NCBI GenBank assembly: GCA_028534125.1
Contig: CM052817.1
Location: forward strand, 19,284,001-19,348,000
Source of the DNA: Lama glama
Taxonomy: Eukaryota
Length of the DNA stretch: 64,000 bases
Reading direction: 5' to 3'
The notes below the pieces were generated by a model. That model had not been told where the DNA came from. It saw only the letters and a program-made list of their open reading frames with translations, and did not search any database. Shown in pieces: positions 49,159 through 61,612 of the stretch. Position numbers and translations under genes: made by a program. The stretch's first letter is position 1; each line of letters opens with the position of its first letter.

Positions 49159-49796
49159 TGATGAAGGAAAAATGGGTGTGGGGCGTGAGGAGGGCCATGT
49201 CCCATGCTCTGGTTGAGTCCTTGGGACGTGACCCGCCAACTGTGGGTCCTTGGCTTTGTGCAGGAAAGAATTCAAGAGCGAGCCACAGTTGAGTAAAGGT
49301 AGATTTATTTAGAGAGATACATTGAAAGGCAAGAGAAAGGCCACAAGGTGTGGGGATTGGGTGCTCAGATTGGAATAAAAATAGGTACGCATTCCATAGG
49401 CAGAGTGCTGGCTGATTCTGAATTGAGAGAGAGAGAGAGAGGCCGTGACAGACAGTGTTGCCCATTTTCATGGGCTTTGGTAGCTTCATATGCTAATAAG
49501 TGAAAGGACCAGTCTAAGTAGCCTGGGGAAGGGGCTGGGATTCCCAGGAAGTTGACCAATTCCCCACTCTTTGACCTTTTGTGGCTAGCCTTGAGAATGT
49601 CATGGCGCCTGTGGGCATGTTATTCACCATATTAATATATTACAATGGGCTTATAATGAAGCTCAAGGTCTACTAGAAGTTAAATCTCCCACCATCTTGA
49701 GCCTCAAGGCCTACTGGGGGTTGAATCTTTCACCATTTTGATGTTAATTGCTGTAGCATTCCTTGAATGGCTGTGCTCTGCCCCTTTCCTGTCTCA
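49159..49796 (-). mobile_element. ERV1 solo LTR, MER41-like (638 bp)
   Basis: The reverse complement starts TG(AGACAGG) and ends CA, with a 4-bp TGTG TSD and AATAAA on the minus strand at ~49304-49309. The segment gtccttggctttgtgcaggaaagaattcaagagcgagcc resembles MER41/MER4-group U5. Confidence 0.8.
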
Positions 49797-49919
49797 TGTG
49801 TGTGTGAGAGAGAGAGTTAGTGGGGTCAAGAGATAAGGAATAAAACTCCTCTGTATGAAATTTTCACAGATAATTTTCTAAAATAAGAAATTGCCATTTT
49901 CAAAGCATTTGTTTTCAGT

Positions 49920-52900
49920 TTCAACTCTAACATGTAACAAAGAGCAGAAAAGTCACTGCTTCTATTCTTACATTAAAAAGCTGAAAAAATAATAATCAAT
50001 AACTATGACAGAATCCAAGAAAGAACTGAGGTTTCAGGGCCAACTTCAATCCTAAAATCTGGAGAGACAGGCAAATACAGACAGTCACAGCTGAGCGCTG
50101 CTTGTCTAGACCAGTAACATTGGAACCGTAAACTGATAAATTAATACTTGAGTAATTTTTACAAATTGCTGAAGGCTGAGTTGGGGGGCGGTGGGGAGGG
50201 ACATTTTCAGGAGTTTTGCCTCCGGGTACCTATTATACCAAGTTCTCAAAAGGAAGAGTCAGGAAAGATTGCCTCAGGGCTCTGTAAATTGAAGGGGAGG
50301 ATTAACCATTGTGAAATATACAGCACATTTACACACAAAATATCTTCCAGAAAACAGTAACAAAGGGAACATTTTCTAAATTATTCCCTGAAGCTACCAC
50401 TATATAAAGAGGATAAAGGAAGAAAAAGCAGATGATTTTACCAATTACTTCAGAAAACCCTTTGACAAAACCCAACAGTCACTCATGATAAAAACACACA
50501 GCAAACTAGGAATGGATAGAAGATTTCTCAACTTCATGAAGCATCTCTACAAAAACCCTACAGCTAACAACATGCTTAGTGGTGAGAAACTGGATTCTTT
50601 GTCGTTAAATTTGGAAAGAAGGCAATGATGTCCTGTCTCATCAGTCATATGTAGCATCATACTGGAATTCTTAACTAACACAACAGGCAAGAAATGAAGT
50701 AAAAATAAGAAATCAAGATGTACACATTGGGAAGAGAGAAGTAAAACTGTCTTTGTTCACAGATGACTTTTGCGTCTGTGCAGAAAATCCCAAAGAACCT
50801 ATAAAAATAAGATAAACTTCCTAGAATAAGCTAGTATAGAAAAAGCACAGGGCACGTGGCTAATATAGTAAAGTCAATTGCTTTCCTATATAGCAGCAAT
50901 AAACAACTGGAAACTGTAATCTAAAATGATATCATTTATGGTAGCCTCCCTAAAATACAAAATTAAATATTTAGCTATAAATGTAACAAAATATATATAC
51001 AAGATTTATATGTAGATTCCTGCAAACTCAGTATTGTTAAGATGCCAATTCTTTACAACTTGAGGAAACCTTTAATGCAGTCTCAGTCAAATCCCAGGAA
51101 GCTCTTCTATGGATGTCCGTAAACTCATGAAATATAAAGACAAAAGACCTAGAATAGTCAACACAATGGTGAAGAAGAGGAACTAAGTTGAAGGATTCAC
51201 ACAGCCTGATTTCAAGATTTATTATAAAGCTACAATAATAAAGATCACGTAGAATTGATGCAAGAGTTTAAGCACAGAACAAAAACAGGAGTCCACACGT
51301 ACACCAATGTAGATATACTCAACTGATCTTTTACAAAGTAGCAAAGGCCATTAAATGAAGAAGATACAGTCTTTTCAACAAATAGTGCTGAAACATATGC
51401 AAAAAACTGAACCTAGGTACAGACTTTACATCCTTCACAAAAGTAGCTCAAGATGAATCATAGATGGAAATGTGAAATGAACATCTATAAAACTTCTGGA
51501 AGAAACTGTATAAGATCTAGGTGACTTTTGGTTTGGCAGTGAGATTTTTAGATACAACACCAAAAACGTGATCAATGAAAGAAACAATAATAAATTGAAG
51601 TTTGTTAAAGTTTGTTTATTTTTCTTATAATGTACGACACTGTAAATGAATGCAAAGATAAAATCACAGGAAAGAGAAAACATTTGCAAAGGAAACATAA
51701 GCTAAAAGACAAAATACACAAATAACTACTGAAACTCAATAATAAATAAACAACCCAATTAGAAAATGGACAAAATATCTGAATGAATATCTCACCAAGC
51801 AAGATAAACATACAGCAGGTAAGTGTATGAAAAGATGCTCAACATTACATGTCTTTAGCAATCTGCAAACTAGAGCAATAGTATGATACTCTTATGCAGC
51901 TATTAGAATGACTAGAATCTAAAAAGCCCTGGGCTAACAGTTGCTAGGCAAGGATTCAGAGCACCAGGAACCCTCATTCACTGCCACTGGGAATGCAAAA
52001 TATTATAGTTACTTTCAAATTGGTTTGGTGCTTTATTACAAAGCTAAGTATAGTCTTACCATATGATCCAAGAAATATATTCCAGGGTACTCACAAACTT
52101 ACTTGAAAACTTATGTTCACACAGAAAACTTCACATGAATGTTTATGGTAGCTATGTTTATTCATAATCACCAAAAACTGGAAGCAATTAAGATGCTCTT
52201 CAAAAGGTGAATGGATAAATAAATTGTGATACATCTGTACAATGGAATACTATTATTCAACGATTAAAAATGAACTATCAAGCCATGAAGACATATTGAT
52301 GATTATTAAATGCATATTGATGATTATTAAATGCATATTGATAAATGAAAGAAGCCAGTCTGAAAAGGCTACATACTATATAATTTCAAATATATGATAT
52401 TCCAGAAGAAGCAAAACTATAGTTTATGGTAAAAAGACCAGTGGTTGGTAGGGGCTTGGGGAAAGAGGGAATGATTGAATAGATGAAGCACAGAATTTTT
52501 GACGGCAGCAAATCTATTCTATGTGATTCTATAATGTGAATATGTGACACTATACCTTTGTTAAAATTTATAAAATTTCATAGAAACAAGAGTGAACCTT
52601 CATGTATGCAAATTTAAAAAATTCTTTAGGAAATTCGGAAACTCAAGATGGATGCAGAATGTGACACACAAATCTAACTGTATAACTCATGTATGAAATA
52701 ACCTCACTAAAATAGAGAAAGGGCAGGAAATACATAGGATGATCCTGGAGCATCTTATAGTGCCAGAAAGTAAGCAAGCATTGAAAAATTGAACAAAGCA
52801 AAACAAACAATAACAAAATGCCCGCACTGTTGAGGGTATGTCAAAAGGGCGCGTGAATCAACAGAAAAGTTCCAGTGGCCACAGCTGGAAAATTTGAATT

Positions 52901-53560
52901 GCACAATAAATCAAATACTATTGAATTATACCACAAAGTATGAAGTCAATGTCCATGAGTCACTCTGATATGAATAAATACTTAACAAAGTAAACAGATG
53001 GGAAAGAAGAGAAATATCTGTGAAGAAAAATTCCAGTAGTTTAAGTGGCTATACCTCCCTCGAGAGATGGACCAGAACTCCCTGTTCCTTAAGTGTATAT
53101 CGAGGGTATTTTGACTACCCTCGAAAGAAGACAATATGGAGTGGGAGGTGAGGGAAGAGTAACTTTCAGTGATGAAATCTGACAGACAGGACCGCAGTCA
53201 GATGGTCCAGGTTTGCCTCAGGTTGATAGTCTGTATCCTTGATGTGACGTGGTAAAAACGAAGCTTTATTTCTGTAGTCATCCTCCCCAAAACCCATTAA
53301 CTCAGTCTAATAATGAGATAAACATTATATACATTTTAGTTGAGGTAATCTTCTACAAAATCCCTAACCAGTCCTACCCAAAAAGTCAAGGTCCTTAAAA
53401 ACAAGTCTGTGAAACTGATACAGCCCAGAGGAGCAACACATGACCAAATGTGATGTATTCTGGATGGAATTCTGAAACAGAGAAAGGACATTAGGCAATC
53501 ATAATGTATGTATACTGGTTTATTAATTATAATAAATTTTACATACTTATATATGTTGGG
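49920..53560 (+). mobile_element. Old L1MC-class element (rearranged 5' piece, RT/C-terminal ORF2 remnants, long 3'UTR)
   Basis: tttgacaaaacccaaca (FDKIQ), ttgttcacagatgac (LF.DD), gatttcaagatttattataaagctac (DFK.YYKA), ttaccatatgatcc (LPYDP), aatggaatacta; the 3'UTR resembles L1MC. Confidence 0.85.
52292..52342 (+). repeat. 21-bp tandem duplication within L1
   Basis: catattgatgattattaaatg x2 plus partial catattgat. Confidence 0.85.
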
Positions 53561-56199
53561 AAAAAAAAAGAAGAGAGGGAAGAGGGAAGGAGGATGGAAG
53601 GAGAGCAAGAGTCTTAGATTAAAATGCTCTAAGTTACTCAGATAAAGCAGGGGCTTACATTCAACTCCTTCTGATGCTAAAGCCCACAGGATTAATCACT
53701 TTATAATTTTTTTTTTTTTGCCTTCCATAAAAAGAAGACAAAATGGCTAGGACAGCAAGGTGTCTCTTGCTTAACTGTAGCTGAAAGGTAAGAAATTCCA
53801 TTTCCATCCCTTCAGCAAATTCAGTGTACTCACTGCTAGATGTTATGGAAAGGAATCACTATAGTCAAAAAGAGAAACTTGGAACTTGCCTCAAATGTTG
53901 CAAATAGTTAAGTCAACTCTACCTGCTTTTCCTTTTAATGCTTTTTAAGAGCCTATCTTCATAATCTCTCTTGACATATCTTATCCGTGTTATCATCAGA
54001 GTTTGATTTGTAAGTCCAGATTCTGGGATGCGTCTTTAGTTTAAGTTGATGGGAAGAGATTCAGCAACTTTATACAAAGTGAAATCTTGCTTGGGGAGCT
54101 TAGGAAGAAAATAACCTCTGTTGGGCTGGAGTGAGAAAGTTCTTAACTGCAATGTGTAAAGGCTGCTTTGCACGTAATTTTATTCATTTCTTAATCAGTG
54201 GACAATAATATATGATTTTTAAGCCAAAGCACAGTGTTCTTCTTCAAGGTTTTGTATTACCCATGTAGCTAGTAGAAGGGAAATGGCCTGGGTCATTTCC
54301 CCCTCCCTTTTTTGTTTTTTAAAATAGTAGCTTAAAGGGATGAGGCTAATTTTCTGTGTAATTATTTTAAGACTGAGTTAGAGAATTCTCTTCTTCATGA
54401 TTCTTTTCTCCTGTTGTGTTTTCAACTGAGGAACGAAATCATTTTAATGAACTGTGAGTGTCTAGACTGGGAACAGTTCTAAAGACTGGGACCTAACCTC
54501 TGAGATTAGTTTGGCTGTGGTTTTTAGAGCCCAGCCTGGGTTTTCACTGAGCCATTGTATCTCCTCTGCCATTGTTAGGAAGAGGGTAATGTCTTTGCTG
54601 TGAAGATTCATAAAAATGATTGAGGGAACAAAACGCCAATTACTTGTTATGAATAAGAATTATTGTCTATAATATTATCTAATTATTATGAACAACAATT
54701 TAAAAATGGTCATTCAAATTTATCCCTCTAACAACTAATGTGGGAAAACTACAAAAAGACTTTCTCCTTTTAAAATAGCTAATAATTGCCTTTCTTTACC
54801 ATTTGAACTGATGTAAAATGACATAGAAGCCACTTCTTCCCTGCTAAATCACATTTCAAATGTTCAAAAAAAACACCCAGATTGCAGCACAGAGGCAAAG
54901 TTACAATTAAGCTACACATGGGTTGTCTTTTTAATTTTAGTTGACACATTAAATATCTATCATTATTTTTCCCTATTAAATTAATATTCTGTGAACTTGA
55001 GGCATTCTTTGTATTATGCCAAATTAATCAACATCATATTTTATTGCATTGTATCACGTCATTTCATGGATTCTTTAATGTTGTAGAGAAAGCAGCAGAA
55101 TGAGAGTCAAATCATTGCTAGTGTCTCTAAAATTGGCCAAATCACCTTGGATAAACTGCATGTTCTTTCATAGTTTCAATGTTCTCCAAATAAAAATGAG
55201 AATAATAACACATGCTCACTTCATCTTCTAGCTCTTTTATCAGTGACAAACAGCATGTGAGAAATCTTCTAAAATTTGAAGACACCAATAATTTTATAAC
55301 AAAGATTATACTTAAATATTTGAAATATAGGTCATAACTTTATCATAGAAAGATGCATGAAAAGATTTAAATGTACTCATTTAAAAATATATAAAGTTTT
55401 ATAGGCCAGTAAATTCATATTTTATATTTTAAGACAAATTGAAAAGGCCCTCAAATTAAAGACAGATTTGATTTTCTTAATTTAAAAGAAAACCACCATT
55501 TTGACTCAATGTACCAAGCCCTGTAAACAGAACAAGATTAATAAGTTTATTATTTAGAAAAGATTAAACTTGAGAGTCACTTAATAAGTAAATAAGGATA
55601 CATCATTAATTTAACGTATTAATTATGAATATTCTTTTAATGTTCTTTAAGATACTTGGAAACAAATTGCATATTCCTGTATTTTATATATCTTACATTT
55701 TTGTTTATGTGATAATTTTTCTTATTTCTACTTAGTGTATTTGAAAATTTAACTAGTTTTAACCTTTTTAATTATCATAAATGACAATTATTACATTATA
55801 TGTATCTCTGTGGAGAAGATTCATTACATAGGTTCTGGATAAGTACCTCTCATACATTATTTATAAGTGCATTACTAAAACAGCATTCTTATAATAATTC
55901 TGCAGCAAAATTCTCAGGTATTAAATTCTTCCTTTGTGACTAGTTTACTTTTTTCACTTGAGATGCTACAGTTAAACTTGATTCATTTCAGATTACACTA
56001 TTCTAAATGTATGAAAATGTAAATGAGAGCTCGTTAGAAGTTTATTCTTACTTATAAAAAAACATATAAATAAAGCAAAGCAGTTTTACAAATAATATAT
56101 GGGATGATTATTTAAAATATTTAGCAAAACCAACCGTTTTGATTGACATAAAAGTCATTTGCAAGCAACTATGTTCATGCTACAATATTGATATGCTAA

Positions 56200-56343
56200 G
56201 GGGGAGGGTGTAGCTCAACTGGTAGAGCACATGCTTAGCACACACAAGGTCCTGGTTTCAATCCTCAGTACCTCCTCTAAAAATAAATAAATAAGTAAAC
56301 CTAATTATGTCTCCCCCCCAAAAAAATTAAAATAAAAAAATTT
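56200..56343 (+). mobile_element. Camelid Vic-1-type tRNA-derived SINE with 16-bp TSD
   Basis: GGGGGAGGGTGTAGCTCAACTGGTAGAGC (A box)...GGTTTCAATCC (B box)...aaataaataaataagtaaacctaatta..ccccccaaaa; perfect TSD AATATTGATATGCTAA at 56184-56199 and 56344-56359. Confidence 0.9.
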
Positions 56344-57969
56344 AATATTGATATGCTAATTAGGAGTTGTTACTTATCAAAATAAATTCCCTGAAGACAC
56401 AACACTGCTAAGTACCATGCAACTTTAAAGGTAGTTACAAGGCAGACCAGCCCTCCTTCAGTCACATTCAGTAAGATTTAGTAGTGTATCTTCTGTCTGT
56501 GTTGTTAAGTTATACAACTGTCAAAATTTTACATATGTATCTTACATCCCATTTTTATTTCTATAATTTGCTTGGTAGAACAATAAGAGATAATATTTGT
56601 AATGCAGTAATAGCATAAAATCTGATAAATCCTCTAGTCCATCCCCTAATGATGGCAGAAATGAAATTCTTTACTAATAGTCCTGGAATCAACCTCATAA
56701 TTTATCTAAATACAATAAAACATTTTGTCATCCTTACCTTGCAAGTGGACTCTTTTTTTTTTTTTTTGCTAATTGGAGTCTTCATTAAACCAGTGCTCAT
56801 GGGAAAAGCAAGCTTGAAGCTTTAGTGTTTAGAAGATCACCATGGTTTTCCAGAGGATCTCTCAATAGAAGCCGTATTTTAATGTTGTGAGATCATTTCA
56901 AGTCATGTTCTCAGTTTAGAAATTTAAAAATTTATTGTATATCCAGAAGCTATATAGCTTACAGTGGCTGACTCCTTCTATTGAAATGCATGGAAAACTA
57001 ATGTATAAAATCAGAAAATCTGTGTATTCCCTTCAGTGAAAATGATAACCAGTAATTACTTCAGATATTTACTTGGGCCTAGAGAGAAAAATTAACTGAC
57101 TGACTGATCAAAGGGAACAGTGCTGGTTAAGCCTTCTGTATACAATCTGAAGAGTCTTGGCATTATTAACAGCACACTGCAATCAATTTAGGATACACAT
57201 TTTTCTTCAGTTCATTTATACCTTAGTTGCAAGTACACATGGCCACAAATAAACCTATCAAAACTCTCATTTAACATTCTGGGTAATCTTTTCATTGGAA
57301 TCACTTACTCCTGTAGCCTCTCAATTATTCCTGGGACCACTGGAGATTTCCATTTTGGGAAAATTAACCTTTTTTCCTCCCATCACAGCATTTCAAAGCC
57401 ACTTGCTCTTGCTGTAATATAAGTGACCCAAGAGTGAAAAATTGCAGCAAGCCTTCAAGAAAAGATTCTCTGGGAGGTCAAAGCCTTTCTTTCTCAGTTG
57501 TCAAAAAAAAATGTAGTTATTGTCAAGTGCAACTAAATATACCTTGAAAAAGGTTTCAGGCTATCACACAGAGTTGTTTAAAATGATCTCTATACTTTTT
57601 TTTCAGCAAAGATGAAAAAAAATTGTATGCACATATATGTATGTTTGTGCTGTCTGTATAATAACTAATGCTACTTAAAACTATGTACAGTATTTATTCA
57701 GATTAAATTAAGTGTGAAATCAAGGAAGATTATAATCCAGGCAGAAGTGAGGCAGATGTGGACTATCAAGTCACTCTACTCAAGTCCATTATGGAAAACT
57801 AGTTAAAATCATCTTCCTTAGGCCCTAAAAAGCTAATAAGATAAATTGATTTCTTATTAACAAAAGTTCTTCAGCACCTAGTGTCATGTTCATAAGTAAC
57901 TATAAAATGAATAAATGGATACATGAAAAGATCACAATTTATCAACATCCTTTAAGAAAAAGCACAATG

Positions 57970-58566
57970 TTGCTGCAAATGGCATTATTTTATTTTTTAT
58001 GGCTGAGTAGTATTCCATTGTATAAATATACCACAGCTTCTTTATCTAATCATCTGTTGATGGACATTTAAGTTATTTCCATGTCTTGGTTATTGTATAT
58101 AGTGCTGCTATGAAGATTGGCGTGCATGCATCTTTTTGAATTAGAGTTCACAGATGGACCTGAAGATTGTCATCCAATGTGAAGTAAGCCAGAAGGAGAA
58201 TGAAAAATACCATATGATATCACTCATATGTGGCATCTGAAAAAAGAAAAAAGAAGACACTAATCTGCAAAACAGAAACAGACTCACAGACATAGTAAAC
58301 AGTCCTATGGTTACTGAGAGGGAAAAGGGGATGGGAAGGGATAAATTGGGAGTTCAAGATTTGCAAATATTAACTATATATATAAAGTAGATAAATAGAA
58401 AGTTTCTTCTGTATAGTACAGGGAACTATATTCAATATCTTGTAGTAACCTATAATGAAAAAGAGTATGAAAATCAATATATGTATGTAAATGTGTGACT
58501 GAAACATTATGCTGTACACCAGAAATAACTGAGGCATTGTAAACTGAATATACTTCAATTAAAAAA
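57970..58566 (+). mobile_element. 5'-inverted (twin-primed) L1 insertion with 16-bp TSD
   Basis: Antisense ORF2 end at 57970-~58149, then sense ORF2 end/3'UTR and A tail; TSD AAGAAAAAGCACAATG (57954-57969) / AAGAAAGAGCACAATG (58567-58582). Confidence 0.92.
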
Positions 58567-59899
58567 AAGAAAGAGCACAATGAAGGAGAAATAACTGTCT
58601 TCTAAAGTGTAAAACTTTATCCCCATTTACTGCCAATTCTAAGAACTCAAGTTATTTATAAAAGAGCTGACAACAATTTCAAAAATAAAACCTTTATAAA
58701 ATTCTTTTCAAGACACTAGTTTCTAGCTGTTTCTCTATCCCCACAATGTGGTTGAAATCATAGAATTAGAAACTATTTCCAAGTCCTAGTTGACTTTCCA
58801 TTTTTTAAAAATACATGATTCAATAAAATTTTTGCTGTAACCTTAAACAGTTATAGCCCCTTAGGGTTCGAGGCATGGCAATTTGTCCTGTTGTATTTGC
58901 AGTTCCCTTTTTCTTATATGAACGATAAACCACGGTGCTTCAGATCCCTGTATTGTGTAGAGAAGTGGTTCCAGCAGATCACGTATCATTCCACAGGATA
59001 TTGAGTATGTGGACTCTCTTCTGCCTTGATCATCCTGTTTTTGCTACCAGTTAAGTCATTTTGTAAGTCTTGGATACGCACTCAGCATGCTGCTTTTGAG
59101 TCTTCTCCAACTATAGGTGTGTGAGAATTTAAAACACATGATTTATAATCAAACGTTGTTAAAGGTGCTTTTTTTCTTTCTTTTCTTTTTTTCTTTACAA
59201 ACAGGATGTCATATAATCTTTACAGCAATTTAAAAATAAGATTGTTTATTTTCATTTTACAGATAGAGCATAAGTGCTCAATAAATCATTACTAAATAAA
59301 GAAAGATAAAAAATTAAGCCACTTTTCTAAGCAATTCACATAGAAAGTGAATTGCTATGTTCATGTTCTTGCTTGGGAACTGGATCACCTCACGGTTTAT
59401 GGTCTACCCTTGGAGTACCAGGAAACCGTGTATACTGAGTACAAGATACCTGCCTTGTGGAAGGAATGTTCTCAAATTTCACTTGTGAGTCAGCTCTTTT
59501 GTTTAAGGTCCAGGAATTTCTCATTTCACTAAGCTTTAATAAATAATTTTTATTTACCTAGATAGTTGATTTGCTACATGTCATTTTTTTTCTTTTTATA
59601 TTTCACTAAGTATCTGTAGTCTTTTTTTTTTAATATATATGACTCTTAAATAAAGCAGAATAGAAGAGGCCAGTAGAATTTCTGAATCACCTTATCTGAT
59701 CTATTCTCTTAGAATAAGTGTCCCAAATCATGAAGTCTCAATTTTAATATGTTTTATGAATCAGCATCTGCTCCATTCATCCCTCCTTACCTTTATGACG
59801 TTTACAAACTGAAGTATTTAAGGACATTAGTAAGAGTTTCAAATTCTCTGTCTAAATAACATTATTTGAGAACTCTCTCTTCCTAAGGAAAGTTTATAG

Positions 59900-60900
59900 A
59901 CAGCAGTGGACACTACAGATTGTTCTCCCAGCATTTGTGTTCTTCCCTCCTTTATGACCCCAGCCCTGCTCCATGTACCTGGTGCATCTGTAGAAATTGG
60001 CCTCATTTCCACTTTCGTGACAAACTTAGTTTAGGCAAAGGCAGCTTTAGAATTCACCCAGTGACTTCTAGGGTAAGCGCTGGCATTACATTGGCCCCAT
60101 CACAAAGAAGGCAAGGACTTGTATTTCCTTATGTCCTGGAATATATGGCTGTTGTGATTATCTATTGCTATATCACAAACATCCCCCAAACTTAGTGATT
60201 GAAACAACAGTCATTTAATTTGTTCATAAATCTGCAATTTGGGCTGAGCTAGATGGGGATGGCTTGTCACTGCTCTGTGCAGCATCAGCCTGGCAGCTGG
60301 AGTAGGGATGGTGGATTCACTTCTAAGACAGTTCACTTACATGGATCACAGGATGGTGCTGGCTGCTCTCTGAGGAGCTCAGCTGGGAGTCTTCATTGCT
60401 CTTCGCAATATGGCCACTGGACTTCAAAAGCAAGTGTTCAAAGAGAGAGGAGGTCAAAACTACCAGTCCTGTAAGGTCTTGACCTGGAAACAGACACATT
60501 CACTTCTGCCATATTCCATTGCTAAATTAGTCAGACAGCCCTCTTAGATTCAAGAGGAGAATGCATAGACTTCATTTTGAGATGAAAAGAGTGTCAAATT
60601 GTTTGTGGCCATCTTTAACGTTGCACAATGGATAAGAAAGGCTGTAGCATTGAGGGATACTGGCAGCTATTTTGCAATTAAGAGAGAAACAAGCTTTAAG
60701 ATGAATCTAACCTAGGGGACTTCAGTGCTGAAAATGGAAAAGGCCTGGGTCCTTGAAAGTGATGAGCTACTCAGTCAAGCTATCCTGGAAACATCACTGT
60801 GTCTGGGATCCACTTACGTGAGACGATGAATTTACTCATCTTCAAAGCAAATCTAAATTGGGATATTTTTAGGTGCTATTTATACCATTCTATACCATAC
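59900..60900 (+). mobile_element. Ancient ERVL/MaLR LTR (LTR16/MLT1K-like) split by a nested LTR
   Basis: tggcagctattttgc...ggaaaaggcctgggtccttg...gagctact...cacttacgtgagacgatgaattt on the 3' side and an LTR-like 5' side. Confidence 0.5.
60150..60627 (-). mobile_element. MLT1 (MaLR) LTR nested in an older LTR
   Basis: ttatctattgctatatcacaaacatcccccaaacttagtgattgaaacaacagtcattt...cacttctgccatattccattg...gtggccatctttaa. Confidence 0.8.
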
Positions 60901-61539
60901 AGAGTTATGGCAGGATTTAGAAGACAATCTGATTTTGATCTGGTTTACAATCTATAAATTAATAGTCGGAAAGGAAATGGAAGAGTGAGAATCAGTAAAA
61001 GAAGAAATAGTGTGAAAACTATGTAATTTCTGTTTATTGGCTATAATGTGGTTCATGCTAATTTAATTATTGAACCACAAAAGAACTACTAAATTAATAC
61101 TAATTAATATGTCAATTCTCTTGAACTAAATGACAATTTCTTTTTTACAACAGGTGGATAGTCATGAACTACTTGATGTGTTTGTTTTGCAATCTGTGGC
61201 AGATTTTAACTATATCCTAATTAATTTACTAATGGAATTTGAACATTAATTGATATCTTACAAAGTCTTTAGAATTATAAAAAAATAGATGATGCTATAC
61301 AAATCTTACTAGAAAGAAATTGACTTACCTGTCATTCTATCAATCAAAAATTATTTTAGCAAGAATGTCTAAATCTGCCAGCAATAATAATTTGGGCCTA
61401 CTTTGTAAGATACTAAAGTACACAAAAAGAAAACCTATGTCTGTTTTTTGTTTTGTTTTATTTTGTTTTCATTTCTAGCCATCTTATGGTAAAATGAAAA
61501 TAATAGCCAGAGGGGCAAAAGTACAAACTATTACAATTA

Positions 61540-61612
61540 TTTTTTTCTTTTTCTTTCTTCCTTTCTTCTTTTCTTTTCTTTCCTTTCTTTTCTCTCTTTG
61601 TCCTTTTTTGTT
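61540..61612. repeat. (TTTC)n-like pyrimidine tract
   Basis: ttttttcttttctttcttcctttcttcttttcttttctttcctttc. Confidence 0.8.

Noticed and set aside
49061..49489. 142-aa minus-strand ORF
   Set aside because: It lies in the solo LTR and its flank and has no gag/pol/env similarity.
56200..56275. Functional tRNA gene
   Set aside because: It has a SINE-specific 3' region, A-rich tail and TSD, and its stems are degenerate.
58850..59110. Exon-like, CpG-retaining stretch (minus frame ...MIRDLLEPLLYTIQGSEAPWF...)
   Set aside because: Stops interrupt all frames across the putative exon and I do not recognise the peptide. A tblastx search would be needed.
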